A DNA stretch of 61,523 bases, taken from contig CAYTNB010000002.1 in assembly GCA_964439085.1 (NCBI GenBank), forward strand, positions 1 through 61,523, read 5' to 3'. The notes below the pieces were generated by a model, which worked only from the letters and a program-made list of their open reading frames with translations, did no database searches and was not told where the DNA came from. Below are positions 20,629 through 29,494 of this stretch, piece by piece; within the stretch, counting starts at the first letter, position 1, and every line of letters starts with the position of its first letter. A program made the translations under genes and the position numbers. The stretch is from an uncultured Desulfobulbia bacterium. GTDB lineage: Bacteria > Desulfobacterota > Desulfobulbia > Desulfobulbales > VMSU01.

Positions 20629-21279
20629 CTATTCCATCAATTCATTAAAATATATAATCGACTCAAAACTGCTGGATTTTTTTGTGACTTTCGTGCTGCT
20701 TGGGCGGGCAACATAGATAAGATGTTCGATGCCGTATGTTTGAGCAGAGTGAAGAATTTTTTCTGTGTCTTCCGCCAACATAGTCGTTTGGCGCGAAAAC
20801 GGGATAATTTTCTTTAATCCAGGCCAGAATGCTGCATCCTCCTTTGGCAGTCCCACCTCAGCCGCACATATTATACGGTCAAAATAGCCATTTAAGACGG
20901 TTTTGTTCATTTTAATGTCTAGAGTCTTGCTATGGGCGTTTGTTACCAGGAAGACTCGTTTTGAGGCCTTTGCCAAAAACTTAAGAAAATCAACAACATA
21001 GGGATGTACTTGAATTAAATGGTCAACCTTAACCTTTAAAGCCGGGATATCCAGCTCCAATTGGTCTGACCAATAATCCAGATCAGTCCAATCCAACGTT
21101 CCCTCCTTAGCCTTGTAGATTGCCAGAAGTTTCTTACCAGCCTCGTCTGCATTAAGACCATTTTGCTTCGCGTAGATTTCCGGGACATATTCTTCCCAGA
21201 AATAATCATCATAATGTTTATCCAGCAAAGTACCGTCCATGTCCAACAAAACGGTTTCTATTTTTGACCAATCAAACAT
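20629..21279 (-). CDS. yrfG: HAD hydrolase, YrfG-like nucleotidase
   Basis: DWSKIETVLLDMDGTLLD, LVTNAH, GLPKE motifs. Confidence 0.8.
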   Translation of the reverse strand: MFDWSKIETVLLDMDGTLLDKHYDDYFWEEYVPEIYAKQNGLNADEAGKKLLAIYKAKEGTLDWTDLDYWSDQLELDIPALKVKVDHLIQVHPYVVDFLKFLAKASKRVFLVTNAHSKTLDIKMNKTVLNGYFDRIICAAEVGLPKEDAAFWPGLKKIIPFSRQTTMLAEDTEKILHSAQTYGIEHLIYVARPSSTKVTKKSSSFESIIYFNELME

Positions 21280-21300
21280 ATTTATTAAACCTTTAAGGGT

Positions 21301-21671
21301 GATGCACTCGTAAAAAGTCTCGGGATGGCTAAGTAGATAAGCATAGACTGCGAAAAATTTGATATACAGGTAAGCGAAAAGAGTGAGACTCTAGTGCCTC
21401 ATAAACCTTAAAGTGTCGCAAGATTACGAAGTGATTTGGCGTGCCAACAAGGCACGACTGGCGGCGCATAGCAGCGCTATGTAACAGAAGTCGTAACGCC
21501 GTTGGTGCGTCAAATGACAAGCAAGATGCGATACTTTAAGGTTTAGAGGCACTAGGGCGTAGTAATTTTTTAGGTGCGAGGCCGTACTTACGGAGGTCGT
21601 GTCTAAAAAATTGCCACAACGCAGTAGATCGGATTGCCATGCCCCTTCTGGGTACTTTTTACGACACCATC
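21301..21671. mobile_element. Family A MITE copy A4, containing C2
   Basis: gatgcactcgtaaaaagt ... actttttacgacaccatc; flanks not duplicated. Confidence 0.85.
21394..21552. mobile_element. Family C MITE copy C2 (intact)
   Basis: ~26-bp TIRs gtgcctcataaaccttaaagtgtcgca / tgcgatactttaaggtttagaggcac; ctag reads across both junctions. Confidence 0.9.
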
Positions 21672-22582
21672 ATCTTTGCCTTGCCAATCAATTCTTGCAA
21701 ATCGTCTATCTTGTTTTCCACTAAATAATCAGTTATGCCAAGGCGTATTTCATCAACTGATTTCGGGTTAACGAAATTTGCCGTGCCAACCTGAACAGCA
21801 CTTGCGCCAGCCAGAATAAACTCTATTGCATCCTGCCAGGTAGTGATGCCACCAATGCCGATAACAGGTATATTTACTGCCGATGAAGCCTGCCATACCA
21901 TTCGCAATGCGACAGGCTTGATAGCCGGGCCAGATAGCCCCCCTGTGATATTGGCGAGTACCGGCCTTTGCCTTGTAATATCAATGGCCATTCCGATTAG
22001 CGTATTAATTAATGAAACGGCATCGGCACCACCTGCCTCAGCCGCCCTGGCCATAATTGCAATATCGGTGACATTGGGGGACAACTTAACAATCAACGGA
22101 AGTTGGGTAATTTCCCGAACAGCTGTTGTCAGTTCATAAGTAAGTTCGTCATTAGCGCCGAAGGCTGCACCGCCCTTCTTAACATTGGGACAGGATATAT
22201 TTAACTCTAAGGCATCAATACCTTTTTCCTTGCCAAGCTCCCTGGCTAGCTGGCAGTACTCTTCAATGCTGTCTCCCAGAATATTAACAATTAGCGGGCA
22301 TTTTATTTTTCTGAGATAAAGCAGTTTATCACTTATGAATTTGGCGGCCCCGACATTTTCCAGGCCAATGGCGTTTAACATACCGCAAGCGGTCTCAACA
22401 ATGCGTGGCGGAGGATTTCCCGCCCTGGGACGTAGCGAAATCCCTTTGACCACCATCGCCCCCAGTCTGTCTAAATCGACAAAAGGCTCAAACTCCTTCC
22501 CGTAGCCAAAAGTACCAGAGGCAGTCATGACAGGATTGCGCAAGGTCAGAGAGCCAATTTTTATGCTTTGCCTGGGGCTCAT
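21659..22582 (-). CDS. pyrD: Dihydroorotate dehydrogenase B, catalytic subunit
   Basis: NPVMTASGTFG, NISCPN, KLSPNVTD, GGLSGPAIKP; start at ATG 22582 overlapping the pyrK stop. Confidence 0.95.
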   Translation of the reverse strand: MSPRQSIKIGSLTLRNPVMTASGTFGYGKEFEPFVDLDRLGAMVVKGISLRPRAGNPPPRIVETACGMLNAIGLENVGAAKFISDKLLYLRKIKCPLIVNILGDSIEEYCQLARELGKEKGIDALELNISCPNVKKGGAAFGANDELTYELTTAVREITQLPLIVKLSPNVTDIAIMARAAEAGGADAVSLINTLIGMAIDITRQRPVLANITGGLSGPAIKPVALRMVWQASSAVNIPVIGIGGITTWQDAIEFILAGASAVQVGTANFVNPKSVDEIRLGITDYLVENKIDDLQELIGKAKMMVS

Positions 22583-23370
22583 TGTTTCCACCGAATTTGT
22601 TCTGCCGGAAACACCGGCCCGTCCTGGCATATATGTAGATAGTTGCCACCCTTCTGATTGGCCTGGCTTGCCTCTATTGTACAACCCAGACAAGCAGATA
22701 TGCCACAAGCCATCATGGTTTCCATGGAAACCTGGCAGGGCCAGTTATTATGTCGGCAAAGTTCTGCTATGCCCTGCAACATTGGATATGGCCCACATGA
22801 AAATACATGCCACTTTTCATCCTTCTTCATCGTACTCTCGGCGCATTCAATTATATACCCCTTATGCCCCATGCTGCCATCATCCGTGGTGTAGGTTAGC
22901 GGGCACGACAACTCTTCAAATTTTGGAAGTATGGCCTCTAGTTCTGACTTATTTCTGGCTCCCAACATTATATGTGGCTCAATATCATCCTTGAGCATCT
23001 CTTGAGCCAAAAATAAAAGTGGGGCCGCACCCATTCCTCCGCCAATAAGGCATTTTCTTCCATTTTTCCCCTGCCATTCAAACTGGTTGCCCAAAGGGCC
23101 AAGAAGGTCAATCTGTACCCCTGCCTGTAATTTAGACATTAGGGCAGTTCCCTTCCCTATTTGTTTGTAAAGTATAGCCAGATTATCAGCCTTTCTCTGA
23201 TGAATTGAGAATGGGCGGCGCAATAGCGGATCAAGACCGTTGACTCGCACCATCACAAATTGTCCAGGATTGGCATTAGCTGAAATTTCCGGTACCTTCA
23301 TGGTCATCCGGTATATATCCGGGCTCAATTGGTCATTTGTTATTATCAGTCCCTTTACCTGTTCCATCAT
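22579..23370 (-). CDS. pyrK: Dihydroorotate dehydrogenase electron-transfer subunit
   Basis: LRRPFS, GPLGN, CGPYPM, MACGISACLGC...CQDGPVF. Confidence 0.93.
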   Translation of the reverse strand: MMEQVKGLIITNDQLSPDIYRMTMKVPEISANANPGQFVMVRVNGLDPLLRRPFSIHQRKADNLAILYKQIGKGTALMSKLQAGVQIDLLGPLGNQFEWQGKNGRKCLIGGGMGAAPLLFLAQEMLKDDIEPHIMLGARNKSELEAILPKFEELSCPLTYTTDDGSMGHKGYIIECAESTMKKDEKWHVFSCGPYPMLQGIAELCRHNNWPCQVSMETMMACGISACLGCTIEASQANQKGGNYLHICQDGPVFPAEQIRWKQ

Positions 23371-24287
23371 TTACCACCCACCATAAGATTCATAATTCGA
23401 TCCAAATCTTCTGGAGAGGCGTAGGTGATCTCAATTTTGCCCTTTTTACCGTATTGCTTAATCCTACTTTTGACCCCCAAAAATGAGTCAAGATTTTTGG
23501 TTATATCCTGGCAACAGATCGCATTAATAGCCATGGGAGGAGCTTTTTTATGGGGCTTTATTTTTTTTAGCACGCCGTTTTTTATATCTTTGGCAATTAT
23601 TTCAGCCTCCCTTACCGAAATTTTCCGGGTAACCATCACATCGTGCAGGTTACGAATATCTTCATCCTTTTCCAGACTCAACAATACCCTGGCATGGCCT
23701 GCCGAGATATCTCCCTTGCCAAGACTCACTTTGGCAAATTCCGGTAACTGCAATATACGCAGATTATTAGCAACCGCAGAGCGACTTTTGCCAACCCGCT
23801 TGGCAATGCTGTCCTGCGTAAGACCAAAGTCTTCTACCAACTGAGCGTAGGCTGAAGCTTCGTCAAGGGGGTTCAGGTTTTCCCGCTGAATATTTTCAAT
23901 GAGCGCCAACTCCAGGCGATCAGAGATAGAGATATCTTTAACTATCACCGGCACCTTTTCCTGTTCAGCTAGCCGGGATGCTCGCAACCGCCTCTCCCCT
24001 GCAATTAGTTCATATTTATTTTTAGCCAGTCGCCTAACCACTAGGGGCTGCAGAACGCCCTTTTCTTTAATTGATGCGCTCAAGCCTGCCAGCTCTGCCT
24101 GATCAAACGTTTTTCGGGGCTGGTATGGGTTTGGGATAATAAAGTCAACGGGACATAGAAAATAATCAGACTGTATACCGTCGTTGGCATCACCCCAAGT
24201 ATCGGGGTTGTAATTTAAGTCTCCATTATCTGATACCGGTAGTAATGCCTTTAGCCCTTTGCCTAATCCTGATAATTTATTTGCCAT
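23367..24287 (-). CDS. parB: Chromosome partition protein ParB
   Basis: PNPYQPRK, IAGERRLRA, ALIENIQRENL, HTH region. Confidence 0.96.
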   Translation of the reverse strand: MANKLSGLGKGLKALLPVSDNGDLNYNPDTWGDANDGIQSDYFLCPVDFIIPNPYQPRKTFDQAELAGLSASIKEKGVLQPLVVRRLAKNKYELIAGERRLRASRLAEQEKVPVIVKDISISDRLELALIENIQRENLNPLDEASAYAQLVEDFGLTQDSIAKRVGKSRSAVANNLRILQLPEFAKVSLGKGDISAGHARVLLSLEKDEDIRNLHDVMVTRKISVREAEIIAKDIKNGVLKKIKPHKKAPPMAINAICCQDITKNLDSFLGVKSRIKQYGKKGKIEITYASPEDLDRIMNLMVGGK

Positions 24288-24290
24288 AAT

Positions 24291-25097
24291 CTAGCCCCAG
24301 TTCTCTTGTCTTTGCATTAGTTCTTGCCCCAGGTTCATGTAGCTTAATGCGCCGGCGGAACGATTGTCGTAGAGATGAATAGGCAATCCGTGGCTTGGGC
24401 TTTCGCTGAGTCGCACATTGCGTGGAATCACCACATCATAAACCTGTTTTTTAAAATGCTGTTTGACCTCCTTGGCGACCTGATGCGTTAGACGATTTCG
24501 CCTGTCATACATGGTCAACACAATGCCCTCTATGTACAGGGAGCTGTTATACGAATTTTTAACCAGTCTAATAGTTCTTACTAATTGGCTTAGTCCTTCC
24601 AACGCATAATATTCGCACTGTAAGGGGATAACAACTGCATCTGCGGCTGTCAGTGCATTTATAGTAAGTAGACCCAAAGATGGCGGGCAGTCAATCAGGA
24701 TAAGATCGTATGAATCAAGTAAGGGAGCCAGGAGGTCGGCCAGAAAGCATTCTCTTTTGACAGCCGTAACCAACTCGACCTCAATCCCGATCAGGTCTAT
24801 ATGCGTTGGAAGAACAAAAAGGCTATCATAATTATCTACCTTTCTAATTGCTTGTCCTACATCCGCCTCATTCATAAAACAATGATAAAGATGATGCTCC
24901 ATTTTAAGGGTGTTTACTCCCAGTCCACTTGAGGCATTACCCTGCGGATCAGAGTCGACCACAAGTACTTTCTGCCCCAAAAGGGCCAGTGCCGAAGCCA
25001 GGTTCACCGTTGTAGTTGTTTTGCCCACCCCACCCTTCTGGTTGGCCAAAGCGATTATCTTGCCGTTTTTTTTGCTAGTCATCTTAGCCGCCCCCAC
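24291..25097 (-). CDS. parA: Chromosome partition ATPase ParA/Soj
   Basis: NQKGGVGKTTT, DPQGNA, IDCPPSLG, QCEYYALEGL; start may be ATG 25082. Confidence 0.96.
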   Translation of the reverse strand: MGAAKMTSKKNGKIIALANQKGGVGKTTTTVNLASALALLGQKVLVVDSDPQGNASSGLGVNTLKMEHHLYHCFMNEADVGQAIRKVDNYDSLFVLPTHIDLIGIEVELVTAVKRECFLADLLAPLLDSYDLILIDCPPSLGLLTINALTAADAVVIPLQCEYYALEGLSQLVRTIRLVKNSYNSSLYIEGIVLTMYDRRNRLTHQVAKEVKQHFKKQVYDVVIPRNVRLSESPSHGLPIHLYDNRSAGALSYMNLGQELMQRQENWG

Positions 25098-25208
25098 TCC
25101 AATTTCTATATCAATGCACTTTCGCCGCCACTTTACACTTTTACTTCAGTACTCAGGTGCTGTTAAAAAACCATAGCAACAGTTTCTTGTCAAGGAGATG
25201 TTTGCAAT

Positions 25209-25224
25209 TGTTTCACGTGAAACA
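25209..25224. promoter_or_regulatory. parS centromere site
   Basis: Exact consensus TGTTTCACGTGAAACA just upstream of parA. Confidence 0.95.
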
Positions 25225-25471
25225 ATTGCAAAGTTTGAGGTAATTATTTAACAGAATGAGCCTTCGCAAGAGACAAAAAGGGGAAATGGTGAAAAAAGTC
25301 AACCCTTGTCGTATGTAACTGAAATCACAGACTTTATAAAAATAACGACAGGCGTTAAACCTAATTACCCAGAAGCACTAAAGAGTGCCAGGGGGCTATC
25401 CGGGAATAGCAACGATAACAAGAGGTTAGAGGATCAAGACGTAACTTCTCCAAAACTGTTGGTGAAACTCT

Positions 25472-25502
25472 TGGATTCCGGCATGTAGTAAGCCGGAATC
25501 CA
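25472..25502. repeat. REP-like hairpin
   Basis: tggattccggc-N9-gccggaatcca, related to the A3 cargo. Confidence 0.6.
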
Positions 25503-25504
25503 GT

Positions 25505-25569
25505 GTTGCTTCTTTAATGATATGAAATAACGGTATTTAAAATTAACTATTTAAAATACCGAAGCAATA
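25505..25569. repeat. Family D element copy D1
   Basis: gttgcttctttaatgatatgaaataacggtatt...ccgaagcaata; second copy at 28006. Confidence 0.8.
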
Positions 25570-25695
25570 TGAGGAGAAATTAGCGAGAAAAAAAGACAAT
25601 CGGTAAGCCCCGCAAGAGGCTCTTTATTCTCGGTCGCCCCTAATGGGGGGGGGCTTAACCAGAGCACCAAATTTAAACTGAAAAGTCATAAACCC

Positions 25696-25730
25696 AAAAA
25701 AAAAGCACCTACCTCAAAAGAGATAAGTGC
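25696..25730 (-). terminator. Terminator of tRNA-Leu
   Basis: Minus strand gcacttatctc-tttt-gaggtaggtgc plus T run. Confidence 0.8.
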
Positions 25731-25742
25731 ATTTTTATAATA

Positions 25743-25829
25743 TGGTGCCGGAGCTCGGGGTCGAACCGAGACGGAGTTGCCCCCGCGGGATTTTGAGTCC
25801 CGTGCGTCTACCAATTTCACCACTCCGGC
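25743..25829 (-). tRNA. tRNA-Leu(CAA)
   Basis: GCCGGAGTGGTGAAATTGGTAGAC...GGGACTCAAAATCCC...GGTTCGACCC...CTCCGGCACCA; long variable arm, encoded CCA. Confidence 0.97.
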
Positions 25830-25905
25830 GTTAAACAAAACCGATCAACGACTAATCATGAAAAAAAACATAAAACATCCATTAACAGACGAGAATGTGA
25901 AAAGG

Positions 25906-25934
25906 AATATAGAAGGGCAGCACAAGGATGTCAA
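25906..25934 (-). promoter_or_regulatory. sigma70 promoter of tRNA-Leu
   Basis: Minus strand TTGACA-17 nt-TATATT. Confidence 0.7.
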
Positions 25935-25946
25935 GATTAAATTTTC

Positions 25947-26567
25947 TCAAAAAGATGATTTTTTGTATCGATTATAATATTGTCGGACAACTTTAACAAA
26001 ACGTTTTGTCTCTCTAATATCAGGGATTGTTCTAGTTTCCATAACTCTGTCGGGGCCAGCATTATAAGATGCAAGAATAAGATCAAGATCACCTGCAAAT
26101 ATTTTGGAAAGGCGCTTTAAATACCTGCTGCCCCCAAATATGTTTTCACGGGGATCATAGCGGTCGGTAACATTCATATCGAGAGCAGTGTCAGGCATTA
26201 ATTGCATAAGCCCAACTGCGCCTTTGGCAGACACTGCATGGGGATTAAAATTAGATTCTCTTTTGATTACAGCCTTAATTAGAGAGGGATCAAGATCAAA
26301 AAGCCGAGCCGCATCGTTGATGTGCGAATCATAAATATATTCCTGCCGAGAAAGAGACGATTGATGAGACTTCCCCCAAATGGGTTTGTATTTAGGGTTG
26401 GTAGGCACATTTGTAAAATGGACAACACCGGAACTATCAATAAAAGAATACATGGCTGCCTGACAATTAGCGGCATTCACACAAAACAATAGCAGACAAC
26501 TTACAAGAATGTAGGGAATAATCGGACGCATAAAAACTATTGTAATGCTTGAAAAGTTGATAGGCAA
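25947..26567 (-). CDS. Lytic transglycosylase (SLT) with DUF4124-like N-domain
   Basis: YSFIDSSGVVHFTNVP; RESNFNP, GAVGLMQLMP, ASYNAG, ETKRFV. Confidence 0.9.
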   Translation of the reverse strand: MPINFSSITIVFMRPIIPYILVSCLLLFCVNAANCQAAMYSFIDSSGVVHFTNVPTNPKYKPIWGKSHQSSLSRQEYIYDSHINDAARLFDLDPSLIKAVIKRESNFNPHAVSAKGAVGLMQLMPDTALDMNVTDRYDPRENIFGGSRYLKRLSKIFAGDLDLILASYNAGPDRVMETRTIPDIRETKRFVKVVRQYYNRYKKSSF

Positions 26568-26570
26568 ATA

Positions 26571-27671
26571 CTAAATATCTAAAAAAGTGACATTTCGATT
26601 AAAATTCTCGTGGCCATACCTGGTAACGAGCACCATGTTTTCGAACCGAACACCGCCCCAATCAGGTATATAAATACCTGGCTCAACAGTAACAATCATA
26701 CCAGATTGCAATTTATTAAGACATCTGGGGCCAATTCGGGGTTTTTCATGTACGGCAACACCAACACCATGCCCCAGACTATGCCCAAAACAGGAACTAA
26801 AGCCCGCATCTGAGATAATAGACCGAGCGGCGCTGTCAACATCCTTACAAATAGCACCAGCCTTGATTGACTCCATCCCGGCAAGTTGGGCCTTACGAAC
26901 AATCCGGAATATATTAATTGTTTTCGGCGTGGGCGATCCCAAAACGATACTGCGGGTCATGTCGGAACAATAACCTGCGAGAATCAAACCCATATCAATG
27001 ATAAGTGGTAAACCGGGGATAATCCTGGTTCGACCAGGAACGGCATGAGGTTTGGCTCCATTTGGGCCAGTAGCAACGATGGTGTCGAAACCAGGCCTTT
27101 CAGAGCCATGAAAACGCATGGCATTTTCGAGACGCAGTGCTATGTCAATTTCTGTGTCGTTTGAACAAATGCTAGGATAAACTTCTTGAAAAACATGCTC
27201 ATTCAGTTGAACAGAGCGTTTAATTAAATCGATCTCATGACTTGTTTTAATCAAACGAATTTTTTCAATGAGATTACTTGTAGGAATGAGCTTCACATGA
27301 TGATTTTGGCAAATAAGCCGCAACTCCTCGGCCTGATTAAATAAAAAATAATGCGCCTCAAAGGCCAGAGAATGTATGCCCAAAGATTTAAGCAATCTTT
27401 CAAGTAGATTAAATAGCCCCCGTTTATAAATAAGGACATCAAAAAAACCAGCCTCCTGTTCAGCCTGAATCTGATAACGAAAATCAGTCAACAATAGAGG
27501 AGTGCCTGACCTAGGAATCAAAAGATACCCGGATGATTCGGAAATGCTGTGGTCAAGAGCGCTAAAATTGCTCAGATAAAAACGATTATCAGGCTGACTG
27601 ACGAGCAATGCGTCAATCTTTCGACGTCGCAGGCGCTTCTGAATAGTATTGATTATATGCATAGTCATCAA
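26571..27671 (-). CDS. Xaa-Pro aminopeptidase (M24B)
   Basis: PHA, IDMG..GYCSDMTRS, GHSLGHGVG..VHE, TVEPGIY, GGVRFE. Confidence 0.92.
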   Translation of the reverse strand: MMTMHIINTIQKRLRRRKIDALLVSQPDNRFYLSNFSALDHSISESSGYLLIPRSGTPLLLTDFRYQIQAEQEAGFFDVLIYKRGLFNLLERLLKSLGIHSLAFEAHYFLFNQAEELRLICQNHHVKLIPTSNLIEKIRLIKTSHEIDLIKRSVQLNEHVFQEVYPSICSNDTEIDIALRLENAMRFHGSERPGFDTIVATGPNGAKPHAVPGRTRIIPGLPLIIDMGLILAGYCSDMTRSIVLGSPTPKTINIFRIVRKAQLAGMESIKAGAICKDVDSAARSIISDAGFSSCFGHSLGHGVGVAVHEKPRIGPRCLNKLQSGMIVTVEPGIYIPDWGGVRFENMVLVTRYGHENFNRNVTFLDI

Positions 27672-27928
27672 TAAATAAAATGGCAGAAAACCTTGACACC
27701 CAGGTTACGAAGGCGGGCATGAAGATTACGAAATGAAGTTATAGGGTCGGCGTATCCCAAATCAATCAAAAAATGATTGGGCCGATTGAGGTATGTAAGA
27801 CTCGAGAAGCTGACCTTGTTCGGCCTAACCTCAGCGCCTTCATCGAACCAACGTTTAAAACAGGGTTCGATTTTAGCGAGATTATCGGGAGAAACTTCCT
27901 CACAGTCTAAAAAGATTTCGACATCCAT
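27668..27928 (-). CDS. Small hypothetical protein
   Basis: Stop overlaps the peptidase start; MDVEIFLD start preferred over 27997. Confidence 0.5.
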   Translation of the reverse strand: MDVEIFLDCEEVSPDNLAKIEPCFKRWFDEGAEVRPNKVSFSSLTYLNRPNHFLIDLGYADPITSFRNLHARLRNLGVKVFCHFIY

Positions 27929-28005
27929 GGCACAAAAAACAAATAATCCAAAAGTTAAGTTAACGATACCCGATAGCGCATAAGAGCGAAAATCCAAAAT
28001 ACAAA

Positions 28006-28069
28006 GTTGCTTTTTTAATGATATGAAATAACGGTATTTTAAATTAACTATTCAAACACCGAAGCAATA
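28006..28069. repeat. Family D copy D2
   Basis: Near-identical to 25505-25569; abuts truncated A5. Confidence 0.8.
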
Positions 28070-28188
28070 CAAGGCGTAGCGATTTTTTAGGTGCGAGGCC
28101 AAGCATATGGAGGTCGTGCCTAAAAAATTGCTACAACGCAGTAGATCGGATTGCTATGCCCCTTTTGGGTACTTTTCGCGAGACCATC
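28067..28188. mobile_element. Family A copy A5, left end missing, no micro-module
   Basis: atacaaggcgtagc...acttttcgcgagaccatc. Confidence 0.8.
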
Positions 28189-28290
28189 AAATATGCAATT
28201 ATGTTACATAAAATAAGTTCAGGCTTGAGATAAAACGACACTTAGGATACATTTTAACGCTTAAATGAAACAACTGTAAAGGATATAATT

Positions 28291-29322
28291 ATGCGTGCGG
28301 CAATGTACTATAATAACAGCGACATACGGCTGGAAGAAGTAGCAAGGCCCAAGATTCGTTCGGGTGAACTTTTAGTCAAAATACACGCAAGTGGTATTTG
28401 TGGCAGTGATGTTATGGAATGGTACCGGATAGACAAGGCACCATTGGTCTTGGGGCACGAAATTGCGGGAGAAGTTGTAGAGACAGGTTCTGGGGTTACG
28501 AAGTTCCAAAATGGGGATCGGGTTACGGCAACACATCACGTTCCCTGTCAGGCTTGTCATATGTGCTTATCCGGCCATGAAACGGTGTGTGACATGCTGC
28601 TAGGCGGCACGCATTTCGAGCCGGGTGGGTTCTGCGAATATGTGCGGCTGGCTGCTGTTAATGTCGAGCGGGGAACCTGGAAAATTCCTGACAGCGTGAG
28701 TTATGAGGCGGCAACATTTGTGGAGCCTCTGGCCTGTGTATTGAGAGGACAGCGAAGAGCGGGTATACAGGCAGGTGCCAGCGTTTTGGTATTGGGAAGT
28801 GGAATATCAGGACTTTTGCATGTACATCTAGCTTCAATAAGCGGAGCTGGGTTTGTAGCGGCCACAGATATTAACCCATATAGGCTAAAGGCCGCCAAAA
28901 TATTTGGAGCGAACAAGTCCTTTAAAGCCACAGATGATGTCCCCACCCTGTTCAGAGAATATAACCATGGTCGGGGGGCCGATGTAGTTATTGTATGCGC
29001 CAGTGCTGAGGCCGCTTTTGAGCAGGCCATGTCAGTAGTGGGCCGAGGCGGGGTTATTCTGCTGTTCGCCCCCACTATGGACGGAGTAACACTGCCTTTA
29101 TCAGTCAATAACCTATTCTGGCGGCGGGATGTATCAATTACAACCACATATGCAGGCGGCCCTCGTGATTGCCAGGCAGCGCTAGAACTTATCAGCCATG
29201 GACGACTGCGAGTCGAGGAGATGATAACTCACCGTTTTGGCCTGGCTGATACAGTGCAAGGATCAAAATTAGTGGCGGCAGGCGGTGATTCGATAAAGGT
29301 AATCATTCAACCACAAAATTAA
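28291..29322 (+). CDS. Zn-dependent medium-chain dehydrogenase (polyol/threonine DH-like)
   Basis: GICGSD, GHE, CQACHMC..C, EPLAC, GSGISG. Confidence 0.9.
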   Translation: MRAAMYYNNSDIRLEEVARPKIRSGELLVKIHASGICGSDVMEWYRIDKAPLVLGHEIAGEVVETGSGVTKFQNGDRVTATHHVPCQACHMCLSGHETVCDMLLGGTHFEPGGFCEYVRLAAVNVERGTWKIPDSVSYEAATFVEPLACVLRGQRRAGIQAGASVLVLGSGISGLLHVHLASISGAGFVAATDINPYRLKAAKIFGANKSFKATDDVPTLFREYNHGRGADVVIVCASAEAAFEQAMSVVGRGGVILLFAPTMDGVTLPLSVNNLFWRRDVSITTTYAGGPRDCQAALELISHGRLRVEEMITHRFGLADTVQGSKLVAAGGDSIKVIIQPQN

Positions 29323-29494
29323 ATATAGGACCGGTTTTAAGGACAGACGTTTAAAATAGTCACACATAGGGATTAGGTTCCGTCAACCCAGGGCCACTCC
29401 CATGGTGAGACGGATTTAAAGAGGAAATCGCTTTGCACTAACTATTTACCAAAAAAATACACGATTATTATAACTGAGCTAAAAGGGGAACATT

